A DNA stretch of 62,121 nt, filler included, from Sphacelaria rigidula (GCA_964200075.2; 7 parts of 7 records of this genome joined end to end with filler, not necessarily neighbours in it); one strand, 5' to 3'; shown: positions 36,200-49,361, counted from the whole stretch's first letter. The notes: a model not told the origin generated them from the sequence alone. Numbers and translations are program-made.

Positions 36200-39100
36200 G
36201 AACTTCATCACACACATGATCAACCTCACGGATGAAGAGGCTAAGACACTCGACGAATGTGCGAAAGGTGTTGGACTCCAAGTGTCCCAAGTCGAGGCTA
36301 TCGCTCCTCGACAGGATTGGTCCGCATGTTTTCAAACGTGAGCTCTTACGCAATATTATCTCTTGGCCGTATCGATATTAGCGTTGCCATTAGTACCAAG
36401 AGCTGCGTAGGAATTTCCCAAGGTTCTGTTCGGTTGGAAAGGGTTCTTCGTACGCTCGTGGGGATTTTTCCGCGTCGGCATCGTATCCGACAGTTCTGTG
36501 AGGTCAAGGTCGTACTGCACGGCTACGTAGTGGCGGTGTTGATGTATCCGATTTTTGGGATGCAAGCAGCCACCGTGCCTGTTGATATAGCTGGAGCCCG
36601 CTTTAACCGGCACGCGAAACTCTTATCTTTGGCAGGTTCATGTGGAAGGTAATGTGCAAGGAACAGCCGTATAAGTTCGAGGTCGACCGCGTCACGCTGG
36701 AAAAGGCAGTCGACAAATACAAGGAGAAGGTTTCCGCGGGGATGAAGACATCGGAAGACTACATGACCACAATACGCAGTCAACCACACCGGATGTTTTC
36801 AACGGTACGTCGATCATGCAATCGAAGGAAGTAACCGCAGCCGAAAGTAGATTTGCAGTGATTTTGTGCAAGGCTCAAAGAAGGCCGCCGGTAATGCCAG
36901 TAATAGCAAAGAAGGCGGTTGGGCTCACAATCGAAATGCGTACGGTAGAAACAGGGAGGAGGGGGGATTTGTTGGTGCGCCTGCTGACGCCCTCAAAAAA
37001 TAAAGGTCAATGACAAACCGTTAAATTTCCCCTCGCACAACAGGCGATGGAGGTGGATGACAGCATGAAACCGGCTATGCAGACCTACGAGAAGAAGATC
37101 AAAGAGGCGGGAGAACGAGCAGACAATGCGATTTCCTTATACCTCGAGGAGGCGAAGAAGAGCGAGGAAAAAACTAAGGCGCTAGAATCCGCGAAGCTAG
37201 CAGCAGAATCGGCCGACAAGACGGCAGCTCTCCAAAAACAGGCGAGTGACGACGCGGCGAAGGTAACGCCGGCGGCATCGACGACAGCCCAATCGGCCGA
37301 TACGAGAACTCAATCGACCGCTACGACCGAGGCGACAACCAACACAAATACAGCATCGACGTCGCCACCCGCCAGCACCGACTCATCCGCGAAATCAACC
37401 CCTACGCCAAGCGCTTCAGAAACGACGACCGATTCCAGTACATCCAAAGGTGAAGGTAAGATATCTTTTGGCGAGTCATGCTACGATAGGGGGGGGGATT
37501 TTGGGCCATTTATTCCGAGAAATTCCACTTGAAATCGTAGTTTAAAGCAGCAACGGTTGTTCAAACGCGCGTGCTTCCGATTAATAACGCTCACTCATAA
37601 TGCTTGACACTGCTCTGAATCAAATCAAAGCGCACCGCCAGTGTCTTCCGTCATCTGACGCAACTATGAGCCCATTTTTTCGTGGAACCAAATACCCCTC
37701 AATATCGTAGCACGCGTACCGCGAGCGTGTAGGTTTCGAATGCTTGAACTCCATGCTGGAGGGGAGTGTTGCTTCGTCTGAAGTCTGACGTTTCTTCCCT
37801 GAACAGTACTGTACATGCTGGAGGGGAGTCTTGTTTAATCTGAAGCCTCACGTTTCTTCCGTGAACAGTACTGTACATTCGATCGAACAAGCGTAGCACT
37901 GCGCAAACATAAAGGTTGATCCTGGTTACTAACGCGAGCTGGATGTTGTGCCCGCTGCATCTTTACGATGATGGTGACAGGCAAGAGCAAAGGCGGGTCG
38001 GCCAAGGCGAGCGCACCGCGGAGATCGAAGAGGAGGAGGGAGTCTGCCGCCCCCGTCATTACCGCTGCAAAGAAGCACAGCGATCGGCTGGCGAAGTTGA
38101 GGTGAGGAACGTCGCTCGCTGCAGAATTGACGGTGCATTAAGTGTACAAACGGTAAGGGCTGTTAACGACTACTGTCGGACGATGTTAGCAAACCAAATC
38201 TGTACGGCAATCACATATCATATACAATACCGTAGTGATAAGAGAGTGCAGTACGTGACAGATACCCCGTTGCACCCCTTGACCATGTTCTTACGCAGAT
38301 CAATGTTTTTCTGTGCACTCGACCGGGGAGAGGATCCCTCAACAATGTACGAGTTTTCGGGGATGACTAGCCCCCCGGCTCTGCACATCTTTTGATGGTG
38401 CCCCTGTTCCTCCCGTCCTGTGCACTCGACCGGTCATTGACCAGGACTGCTGTGACGAAGTCCTTTGTGCAGGACTTGGTGAATCCGGGCGCGGAGCAAC
38501 AGCGCAAAATGCCATGCGCCAACAAGGCGATGCTTTGCTTTTGGAACGCGGCATCAGACACTGGCATTCTGAAGGACGATCCCACATCGGCAGGAAAACT
38601 GAGGGCGCTAATCAGCGACCTGGCGGCTAATATTCACTGCTCAGGCACCCTCATCATTGCGAGGGAAAAAATCTGGACGATCAACGTCCCGCACATCAGT
38701 GGTGGGTTTTAGCGATGTTCTGTTGGTGTTCCCGAGCCAGCACTTGGAATCGCGTGCGGTGAATTAGGCACACTGGCACTGTTGTCGGTACTACCGATGT
38801 GATTCGAATGCATTCACCCCAGACACTCACAGACCCAGCGCTGTCGAAGGGGACGGAAACCATGATTGGAGACCGTTTGTCGCCGTACAAATCCTGCATT
38901 TCAAGCAATGATGCACTTGGGATAAATCACACGATCGCGTCTACTGAGGACGAGTATAGGCCGACGTCCATGGGGTCACTTCAAACTCAATAGTGTTTGC
39001 GTCGGTGGTCTTATTATCACACCTAAATGCACCACATCGTTGGCGTCCATATTATGTGACACGCGCCTGTGTGCTGTTGCCTGGCGGAACTGCGCAGATG

Positions 39101-41084
39101 TACTGGCTCTGGAGGGACTAACCCTCGAAGATAACCCGATCTTCACCGTATATCTCAACGGACAGACTGGCTGTATTCCCGACGGCAAGAAGCAGGACCT
39201 CCCTTCACACGGCGCAATGGCGCTCATTGCCCACAAGTCGCCGACTTACGTATGTCAACCGACAGGGGCCAGACGGGGGGGCTCCCGCGCAGCCCCGCCA
39301 ACTGAATGGGCGGGGTTTCTGGAGGTTATGGAGGCCGCGAACGCCATCGTTTCACAGAAGCAACCTGACAGCGGCACATTCCTGGTGGCCCCGACGGCGG
39401 AATATTTTATTAAACGGTGAGAATACACGTCACGAGTGAAGCGACATCGGACCGGGACGGTCCCGCCACCGCCAAATATACTCGTTGTGTACAACAGCCG
39501 CGGAAACTGACGACAAATGGGTACAGATATGTACATGTAATGATGGCGGGACAGTAGTAGACTCAAGAAGTCCGTATCAATGGAAATTCCGACTCCGACG
39601 CGATGAGCTCGATATTTGCTACCCTTTGCAGCCTTTTTTTTCGACTAACACCGCCGATGACGTCCATCTTGCCGGCATCACAGGTTCTCCAGAACAGGAG
39701 ATGCTGTCTTGGTGACGGGCGCAGACCGACAAAGCTTGGCTGATGTGGTCCTAGGTTCAGGGCGAACCATCATCATCGTGGAGGCTGAGGTTCCTAGAGT
39801 GCTGGACGTAGCATGCGAGCAAGCACTTCAGGGTGGACAGTTCGCCCAACTAACTCAACCGCCGAAACGGGTTGGACCAAGTCGTCTGCCGAAGTGCGTC
39901 CCAACCTCAAACTACTCAAAGTCTATCCTTGTTCAAGAGCAAACCATCGACGTCAACATGGTCGACGACGATGACAACGACGACGACGATGATGATGGGG
40001 TGACGAAGGAAAACCAGGATTTGGCGCTCGAGGTGGCCAGGGACCATGCTCGGTTGTACGGTTTGGAAATTAAGGTGCCCTCTAAAGGCTGTCGGGTCGG
40101 GGCTCATTGTATTAATGTTGCTCGTGCATGTGCAAATACAAACGTAGGGGGACTGTAGTAGGAAGTGTCGAAGCAACGCTGGCGACAACTCGGAATACCG
40201 AGAATAGCTACCCCCCTCGAGAGCTCCATAATAAATATTAGTGCAAATGACTCGCGAACACAATTGTTCCGCTGCTGCGGATGATACTGTCAGCACAGCC
40301 CACATCCGTCCCACGAAATAGGACAAACATCGTGATTGTTTTCGATCGACTCGACGACCGGCCCGTAATTGTTCCGATTCCACATCCTCACGTATCCATC
40401 CCCGAACTCTTTCGCACCCCCTCTCCGTGCTCGCACGTTTGGTCAGGAATCGAGCAGGGGAGACCTGGGACTGTTTGCGGTGGAGGCGATGAAGCCCGAA
40501 GACTCACCGCCTATGGCGTTGATGGGTTCCTTTGTGGTGTGCGGTTTACTTCAGCTAGGGCGGGCGATGGAAACAGATGGTGTGCCTAGATACGAAATCT
40601 GTAAAGCGCCTCAGTTTTTGAAGTTGTTGCAGCCATGGGAGATGTCGAACGAGGGTTCGACGTTGTACCTGAAACCCGAGCGTAGGACCTTCCTGTATTA
40701 CATGAACTCGTCCGAACCTGTCGAGGAGGACGCCAATGTTGTACCCAGCAGTGTCTTCGCCAAGGAGCACGACACCCCGTAGTTGATCTTCAAGAGACGA
40801 AGTCGATACTGCGAAACAGCATTGGAGGCATAATGTTCAACGTCACAAGCGTTATTGGTATGGGAGAGGAGTTGCTCTGCCGATATCCAATTTTCGAGGG
40901 GAAGGCGGATGTGCAAGGTGTTGGTTCCCAGGGCGGTTCGCCCAATAGAGACGTAGTAGACGGTACGGTTGATGGCGAGACGAAACGGGGCGGCGAAGAA
41001 GAGTCTAACGGCGACGACGGTAGTTCGGACGGTGGTACTGATGACGATCAGGACCTTGATTATGTCCCACCACGAACGGGATAA
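36200..41084 (+). pseudogene. Multi-exon gene with C-terminal SET-like domain, disrupted by frameshifts
   Basis: Phase-compatible GT-AG exons at 36200-36337, 36636-36804, 37044-37455, 37981-38101 and 38300 onward. Further exons at about 39098-39416, 39527-40032 and 40447-41084. The last exon shows SET-like blocks GDLGLFAVEAMK, LYYMNSSEPVEEDANV and MFNVTSVIGMGEELLCRY. Frameshifts near 38390, 39710 and 40770. Confidence 0.65.
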
Positions 41085-41859
41085 CCGTCCCTGTGCGACG
41101 AGGCATTTTATTTAGTCTTTTTGGTAACGTAGACATCATTCGCGATCCTCTGGTGATATTCGTGTATTGAGATCATTCGTGGACTGTCTTCGAGTAGTGA
41201 TTGCCTGGCGCCATTCCAGTCGTCGTTGTTGTTTAGGCGTCGATGAAAGAAACAGGGTAGAAGAGGACGGCGACAATAATGCAGAAAATCGATGTTGACC
41301 GCTTGATTCTGTCGTAGCGGATGTTTCCCGCCATTGGGGGTGTACTCATGATCATGCATGCCATAGTCATCAGACCATTCCCGCCATTGGGGGGGGGGGG
41401 GCTTTCGCCGCTAAATGCGTCATTTACACAAAAAAAAAGGTTATCTTTTGCTCGAAGATGCGAACAAGCGTATTATTCCCTCGCGACACAACGGGTTTAT
41501 TCGCAAGACAATCGCTTGCACTTACCCGGATTGAGGAATGGTGCTCCGTGAGTGACAGTGATAACTTGATGCCCGAGACGGTTTCAAGACTACTTCGCGT
41601 GTCTTGTCGGGAACACTCGACGAAATTTTTCTTGTTACCATTGTGTACTATTCACACGAAAACAAGCGTGACATCGACATTTTTACACATGGAGAGTAGT
41701 GAAGTATCAACACTTACCGCGCCAAGATTCTCCCCCAAGGTCGCGACGACGCGTTTTCGCATGAGTAGTAGAGAAACGTCAACAATTTGAACGGCAGAAT
41801 TTTGCACCAATATGCGAGGTAAGCGTTTTGTCCATTAATGATGCAGACACAACCGGCCG

Positions 41860-41922
41860 CTGAAAGCCATGAAAAGCCTGCTCTCAATCGTATCGTAGAC
41901 TCTCAATCTCACCAAAACACTG
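41860..41922 (-). repeat. MITE family B terminus abutting the gag ORF
   Basis: ctctcaatcgtatcgtagactctcaatctcaccaaaacactg; the gag frame runs on from this point. Confidence 0.7.
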
Positions 41923-43221
41923 TTCATAGCGCTACTGTCAGGCGTTCATGTTCGGGTGTACCGCATCTCAGGCGGAACCGAGCTCATCCGCCACGATCAG
42001 GTCACGGCTACCGACTGGTTGCGTCTTTCAGTTCGTGAACAAGCCCTCACTAGTGATTCCACCGAAAATACACGTGAAGCATTGAAGGAGATCACCCTGA
42101 AAAACGGTGAATCTTGGCAACATGCGACTGAGCGAGTTTTGTCGGCTTATAAAGCCACCCTAGCTAGCACACGCCGTCCGGATTCCACTGCAACTGACTT
42201 TTTCTGGCGTTTCATTAGGATGGAGCAGCTGGACGAATTGTACGAATGCGTCGTCCGAGCCGTCTTGCCCGATGAATGTCGCAGGGATGGCATGCAATCA
42301 CTTCACCACGAGAAGATGAGCGTAGCGGACACCAAGCTCGCTGACATGGCAGAGGAGTTTCAAAACCCAATGGGGAGACCCATGCGCCGCCGCGGTGAAG
42401 TAGCTCAAGGCTTGTACGGTGAGTTCATCAGAGTTCTTACCTCACGCCCCTCGAAGTACTACAGGAAGCCAGTTCAGAAGGAAGCAAGTCACACGGTAGG
42501 ACCAGACCGCCCTTTTTTGCTAGATGATATTAGGCAAATGCCCTCCGCAAAATTCGCCGCGCTCCGCGGCGAAAATGAAGGTTTGATGCCCCGTGTTGCC
42601 GCAGCCCATGCGTCTGCTCCCAGGACCCTACCGCAGACAGAGTACGCGCGACCGCGATCGGGCGAATACGTTCAGCAGCAGACACCGACCCTAGCTTCCG
42701 CGTTCAACAATATACCAGGGACAATCCCAGGACAGCACGGTGTTCCGTTTGTGGACCAGAAACACCTGTCGGCCAGAGACGTGCAGAATCAAAGTTGGAC
42801 AGCAGCCGCGAAAGGAGCGTCCTCTTCGTCTGCTGCATCCACCCCGCAACCGAGTTTATCCTCGGCTGTAAGCACCCGCGATCAGCAAGCCGCCCACTCC
42901 CCGACGGGGGACCGAGACGATGTCATCGATTACCTCCGCAGGAACAAGATCTGCTTTGGCCACGCTTCCACGGATACCTGCCGCCGCCGCGATGGCACTA
43001 GTTGTCCGCACACACACGGTATCATCACACCGGCTTACTACAGGAACGCCAAGGCCCGCCGTAGAGCCGCCATCCCCCAGAAGCGACTCGCGGCCCTCAC
43101 GAAAGCCCAATACTTAGCCGCGATCGACACGGGACTGCCCAACGAGGGTAGCGATGGTGGAAGAGAGGAAGAAGCCGACGAGCACGAAGAGTCGCCCTCT
43201 GTCAGCAACGGCGACGAATGA
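41923..43221 (+). mobile_element. gag: Retrotransposon gag-like ORF (Ty3/Gypsy-like), 5'-truncated, with CCCH zinc finger
   Basis: Open frame of about 430 codons. Contains a gag-like segment (LKEITLKNGESWQHATERV) and C-x8-C-x7-C-x3-H (CFGHASTDTCRRRDGTSCPHTH). Directly followed by an aspartic protease. Confidence 0.7.
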
Positions 43222-43554
43222 GGGGACGCCCCAGGTATTTTCAACCAATTGTGGGTGGCGGGAGAAATCTGGCACCGGAGCCAGGCTCGGAGGTCGTGGC
43301 CACTCGAGGTATTGTTGGACACCGGGGCAGGTGGGGACAATTACATGTCTGGGTTTTTGTGGCGTTGTCTCATAAAAGCAGAAGTAGTACAGGCCAAGCT
43401 AGACACGAACAACGCTGGCGCTCTTCGTGCCGCCAACCCCTCTCAGGGCAAGGTACCTCCGGTGTCTATAGTTGGATCACTCGTGATACCCATCTTGTTC
43501 GCAAAGGATTATCGCGTCCGTAAAGTAGCAGTGAGGGTGGTAGAGGACCTATAG
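43222..43554 (+). mobile_element. pol: Retroviral-type aspartic protease (start of pol), truncated
   Basis: EVLLDTGAGGDNYMS matches the LLDTGA retropepsin active site, followed by LRAANP...IVGSL...VRVVEDL. Same frame as the upstream gag. No RT follows on this contig. Confidence 0.8.
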
Positions 43555-46500
43555 ACGTCTGTCACTCAAGATCAGATTGCCATGTGGACTCCCCCCATCA
43601 CGGGCACATGGACTTCAGCAGCTTTAGTTATTTATGTATTAACCCTTAGCATAGTACAGGAAAACAGGACCATATAGCCTCTCTCCACCAGAGTAACAAA
43701 ACCGGCTGTACTCGTCATGGAGATCACCATCACAGAGTCCGGCAATCAGACCCGCAACTCCACCTACCAAGTCCCTGACCTAACAATGGTGGCTAGGTCT
43801 ACAGCACCCCCAAAGCTCTCTACTACCAACAAGTAGTTACATCAGAGCTTGACAAACTCAGACATCATTGGTGCCTGATAGTACCGTCGTTTTCCGCAAA
43901 GAATAGGAATCTCTTCCGCTGCTTTCGACAACAGCTCCATACGAGCTTGCCCCACTTTCGAACAACTCGCAAGAGATTCCAAGAAAATATCGTCCATCAT
44001 GAACATGCAATAACGCTACTTGCACCGCTTCGAGTTACAAAGCGATAGCTAGCGCCAAAGTCTCAAATCTTCGCCCAAATCAAGTCTCTTGACTCTTCAT
44101 CGGCACGAAACCGGAAATGTCAGCAAACGTCAAATTCCAGAGCATTCGTGACTCATCGCCTCTCTCATCCGAGATAAGGTTCTTCTCAACATACAAAATG
44201 CACTCTTTGTGCGTTCAACACCTGCGCAACGGAGTGCAATAGCCCTCACGCTAGAAGGAAATAATGCACCCAACACGTCTAAAACGCACCTGACCTCTTG
44301 CTTCTGCAACACCGTAAAAAACGTATGCATCGCATGCCTCCCCGCNNNNNNNNNNNNNNNNNNNNNNNNNNNNNNNNNNNNNNNNNNNNTTAATTAATTA
44401 ANNNNNNNNNNNNNNNNNNNNNNNNNNNNNNNNNNNNNNNNNNNNGCGAGACGCGTTTCCTAGTCACGTCGCGAAGAGGGGAAGCAACAATGTGTAATAC
44501 ACTTCAAGCATACACTTCAAGCATTCACTGTAGACGTGTGAAAACGATGGTACGAGATCCCGCGACAAACCCCACCCCTCAGATTTTCAGCGATACACAC
44601 TCTGCATGATTCCAAACGAAGGATTCGAAGCGCGATACGCATTCTGTCTGGCATGCCACGCCCATTTCCTTCGAAATCTCCGCATCGCGACTAGAAGGGT
44701 AGGAGGTGACAATTCGACCCCCGAGTGATGGCCTTCTCACTCGCCTGTCCCATATTTTAGGGTACCAAAGGGCAATACGTTGTCTAGGTATAATGGTCGC
44801 TGTGACGGCTTTACAGATGGGTTCGTTACGAAGCTAGAGGGCAGACTTAGCCGACGTAAAGATAGAATAACGAGTTCTTTACTTGAAATGGGCCGAAATA
44901 TACCCGAGCATCGCACTTATTCTACTATTTCGAAGCACCAGTAAAAGGTTTTGGCCGTTGTCGAGCCGAACAGCGCTGGTTTTACCAGCAAGGTTTGTCA
45001 GTTAGGAAGGCAGTGGGATCAGCACACGGTAATACGTAAAACTAGTGGTTGATTCGCGATTGTGATTAGTGTTCATTGGTTTTTTAGAGTGTTGTTTCTC
45101 TCTGGAGTTTAGAAAGGGTGATGTGCGGCCATTTTCGGGTATGATTATTTGTTTTCATTCGTACGAAGCAATCACCAAATGTAGACAAAATATGCTTTAA
45201 ACCGAAAATTGACCAAAAATATAATACAAAGATCGGACCAAAATCCGGGCAAGGTGAAGGGCTCGTACAATTGAGGGTATCCTCTTGTATGGTACAGAGA
45301 GAGTATATTTCACTCGCAAATGCGTCAAGAAATATGCATAAAGAACAAAACTGGTGCGTAGGTGCCCGCTAGTCTGGTCACCACCTCGTCCTCACTGTGC
45401 GACCCTCAAACGGCCAAGAAGCAAGTAAACAAGACTCGGTATGAACACTGTTTGTCTCGCCCGAAGCACTCTCACCTCCACTGTGTATCCGAACGGTTGC
45501 ACGCCGGTCTTCATGACCTCTTCAGCAGAAGTACCAGCGGCAGGAGTCATCAATGCCGGCAGGGTCGTGTCGGCCGGCAGCTTCGACGGGAGCAACCCTG
45601 GGCCCACATACACTGCGTCGCCGATATCGTGCTGTCGAGAAATAAAGGGTGAAAACGAGCCCAGCGGCAGTTGGAAGATTGGTGAGAGTTCATTACACCT
45701 CTCACAAACGAAAGCCTGTTACACCTGCATGAAAACCCGCCGCTACGGCAATCAGGGAACACGACTTTTATCTTTGCATGTATACCGCCTAGCCATGGTG
45801 TGGCTCTCTATACCTTGAAGAACCCAGAGGAGAATGCTTTCTGGAACGTCTTCTCTATGCGACCATGCACCCCGACGGAGAGACTGGCATCTGAGAGAAA
45901 GAGCTCGGTAGGGCGCCCACCTTCGAGGGCGATCTCCAGCAGCTGTGTACTCTCGAGCCCAACACCATGGACAGCGTCGCCCTTGTTGGTGAGCCTTCAT
46001 GGATATGAAGAGGCAACGACGCTGGATTAATGACGCAGAAGTGAGACCTCGCGATCCGCGCAGAGTGGTCGATTGTGAGGTTCGTCGCTCTACGAATGAA
46101 TTATAACCTTTCGTGACACGCTACCCTGATAGAATAGTGCATACAACGACCCGCTTGTCGCGTGACGAGTTGCCTTACGCTAGTATGAGGGAGAAAAAAC
46201 AAGACCCAGCAGTTTCGTGATCGAACATATCGGAGTAAAAAGTGGTAAAGAACCGAGTGTACACGGTTTGAAAAACTACCAATCCATACAACTATCGACT
46301 ATGACTGAACCGTCTGACAACATCACGAGGGGTGGCTGCTGCCTTCCATTAACCACCGGACGCGCCATCACCTCCAAACGAAGGTGCGCAACAATCCTGG
46401 GGGGAAAGAAATTTCGGGGCCGCCGGCCGGAGCTCCTTGCTTGTACGTCAACGTCGCGGTGTGCCCGCCGCCGATCTTCTGCCAGCAGTCTGGCATTTTC

Positions 46501-46759
46501 CCCCTATTTGTGCTGCCGTAGGGGTTGGCAAATGTGACCCTTTGATTCACCGTGAAACATTTCCCCTCTTGCTCTGACCGTTTGTGGGCCACCATGATGG
46601 CTTCGTGATACGGGTAGAAATAGAATTTCTCTTCTCTCTTCCGAGAGCCCCCGTGTTTGCTGGAATATTCGATGAAGACAGGATCTTTTTCGAGCGCCAT
46701 CGTGTGGTCTTGAGGGATGGCGCCTGTGACGTGGTGCAGATGGGTCGGCGACAGTGAGG

Positions 46760-47085
46760 GCCGGGGCGGGGTGGGGCGGCCGGGCGGGGGGGGGGGGGGC
46801 ATACTCGTTTTTTGCTTGCCTTCGCCATTTGACCATTGACCGCGCGCCACTTAGCCGGAGCACCGTTCCTACACCTCATAAATACCTCCAACATTTGGGC
46901 ACTCATGACGTTTCTTCCATACATGACACAAAATTCTTTACAGATCTTATCCCCCTCCTGCTTCACCTTCTGTGGCCACCATCTATCTCCGAGTATAGCG
47001 ATCGTTTTCTCGCTACAATTCTTAGTACCAAACGATTCCATACCACCTTCATTTAAATCCCGCATTTCCCCCTCTATGTATTGCG
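46760..47085 (-). mobile_element. 3' fragment of a LINE (C-terminal ORF remnant)
   Basis: EGEMRDLNEGGMESFGTKNCSEKTIAILGDRWWPQKVKQEGDKICK resembles a brown-algal LINE C-terminus (recalled, not searched). Its 3' motif ggtcaatggtcaaa...ggcaagcaa plus C-run recurs at 17779, 26380 and 61915. Confidence 0.75.
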
Positions 47086-47767
47086 TGTGCGGTGGTACCT
47101 CTGATTCGATTTCCATGCGGAAACCACGGCTGCGGCACGGCAAATGCGATCGTCCCCAAAGGATGCAAGGCGCTCAGCAGTTTGCCCACGAACCGCTTGA
47201 AGTATCTCTTGACGTGGTCGTCTGTTAGTATCAGGATGTTTTTCTCGGCATCCAAGGAGACGAGGATAAGCTTCGGCTGGCGTGCCACAGCCAGTGAGTC
47301 GCCTTCATCGATGAGCTCACACCCTCTACGAAGTAGGTTTCCCGCGTGCGTGGTAGAATTCTTACGCCTGTGCGAAAAAATAATGGCCATTCCACACGGT
47401 ACATATCAATATCCGGCGGAAGAACGCGGGTGGAGTGCGATCCTGAGGCAGACAACGAATGCACCGTCGAAACACGCACCCTAACCGACGGGGTATTATT
47501 ACGTATTTCCGATTTCATATTTATTAGCCTGCAGTTAACACCGACTCCCTTTGATGTATGATCTCCTCATTGCGTTAACCTGTGTTGTGGTTTTGTTACA
47601 AGCGCAACTCTTGGGGGGGGGGGGGGGGGGGGGGGGGGCCACCTCCACACCATCTTCTTTTTCACCTTACCTTAGCGCCGTGGCGGAGTTGGCCTACTCG
47701 CTCGGTCGCCNNNNNCTTTGTTGTTCTTTTTTCTTTTTTTTTTGTTTTTTTGTGTGTTGTTGTGTGT

Positions 47768-47805
<38 letters not shown>

Positions 47806-48073
47806 GGCATGTCTCCAAAACACTTTTTTCCCGTCCATCTACCCGGGGCATGCAGTGGGCTATCTCCAAGTGTCGCCGACATATACCCCGCGGTACTATT
47901 ACGGAGTTATATTGATCATAACTCGTCGGCAATATCTACATCGGAACATTATCAAATTTGACGAATCGTGACACAAGCAAACCGCAAGCATTACAAGAGT
48001 GGTAACAAACAAACGCAGTATAGAAGACGATAAAAATGTATCGAGTGTTGGCGTCTGATTAAGACCTATGGTA

Positions 48074-48321
48074 GACACTTTCTACGATAGCCCCCCCCCA
48101 AAACCAACCCAAAAGTGTCACGAAAAAAATGTCCATACAGCGCCTGATGAATGGGTTCAGGCTGCACGAAGCGCCTCATATTGGCGACATCGGCTAGAAC
48201 GAAGCCAAGGGTGGGAAGTTCCAGCTGCTCGTTGTGTTCGGCTTTATCCATTTTGATTTACGTGAAGATTTTGCCTCCCAAAACCACGCACTTTTTTGGG
48301 GGGGCTATCGTAGAAAGTGTC
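48074..48321. mobile_element. MITE family C, copy 1 (4-bp TSD GGTA)
   Basis: TIR gacactttctacgatagcccccc / ggggggctatcgtagaaagtgtc, flanked by ggta at 48070-48073 and 48322-48325. Confidence 0.88.
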
Positions 48322-49361
48322 GGTATTGCCTTACGCCGCCACACCCCTCCCCTCCCTCACCCTGATGTAGGAACACTCTCACGGTGTACCCCAAGAGTAT
48401 GGACGCTACACAGCCATAGTTGCCAATCGATCGGTCATTTGTTGCGTTGGTGTATCCGCGGGGAAGTATGGGTTGTGTGATCAAGGACACTCGCTGAGAG
48501 ACACGTGCTTAAAATACGAAATTCACCAGCGACTGTTTTCACACGAGGAAACGCTCGTCTGGATCTGCGATCTTCGCACCTTTGCTCTTCCATGGTGGCG
48601 CCGGCGGGCGGTCGGGGAACTCTTGCCCTCCTCGCCTTCTTCCCGCTATTTGATGTAACGCCGTCTCCGGCTGGATCCTGATATTCTTTCCTCTTCCGGC
48701 GCTCTGGCTCGCCCTCGCACGATATGCAAAGGCGCTTTTTTCGCTCGGCCAGAGTCGTATCTTCTGAGATAGAGACAAGCAGGTCGCAGACCGTATGGTG
48801 TGCAACCCTGCAGTGCGTGCATCGATACCTGCGGGGAGGGGGACAGAGGGATATATGTCGGCGGCGAATCGATCGACAGTCTCGCGAGCAATGCCTTCAT
48901 TGATGTATGTGTCTCTCGGTGCCCGCCCTCCGACTAGACACTCTATGTGCGTTAATTTCACGCTCACCTGACGTCTAGGGTGGGTTTGCACGACTCGCAC
49001 ACTTTGCCCTCGTGACTACCCGCTGCTGGGCGGTCCCGGCCCTCCTCACCCTCGCCGTCAGCCTCCCCAACGGATGCGTCGTTCACATCTTCCTCGCCGC
49101 CGCCACCCACGAGTTTTAAACGCGCTGTCTTGTCGTTTATCGCGTTCCATTTTTCCCTCCACGTTTCGCTGAAGGACTTGAGGGTCCCTCTTCGTGTCAT
49201 CTGCGAACGGCGGTGAGGGCAAGATCTCTGGTATGTCAAGTATAAACTAAGATACAAAATAAGGGACGGCCGGTAGCAAGTCTCTGCTTTGTCTCTGGAG
49301 TGCAAATGTATGTGGGCGGCGGTGTTTTACACTCCTCAACCAATACTATCGGGAAATATAC

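Noticed and set aside
41206-41225. TGGCGCC as a primer-binding site for the gag element
   Set aside because: No adjacent LTR end (…CA) or second LTR could be identified.
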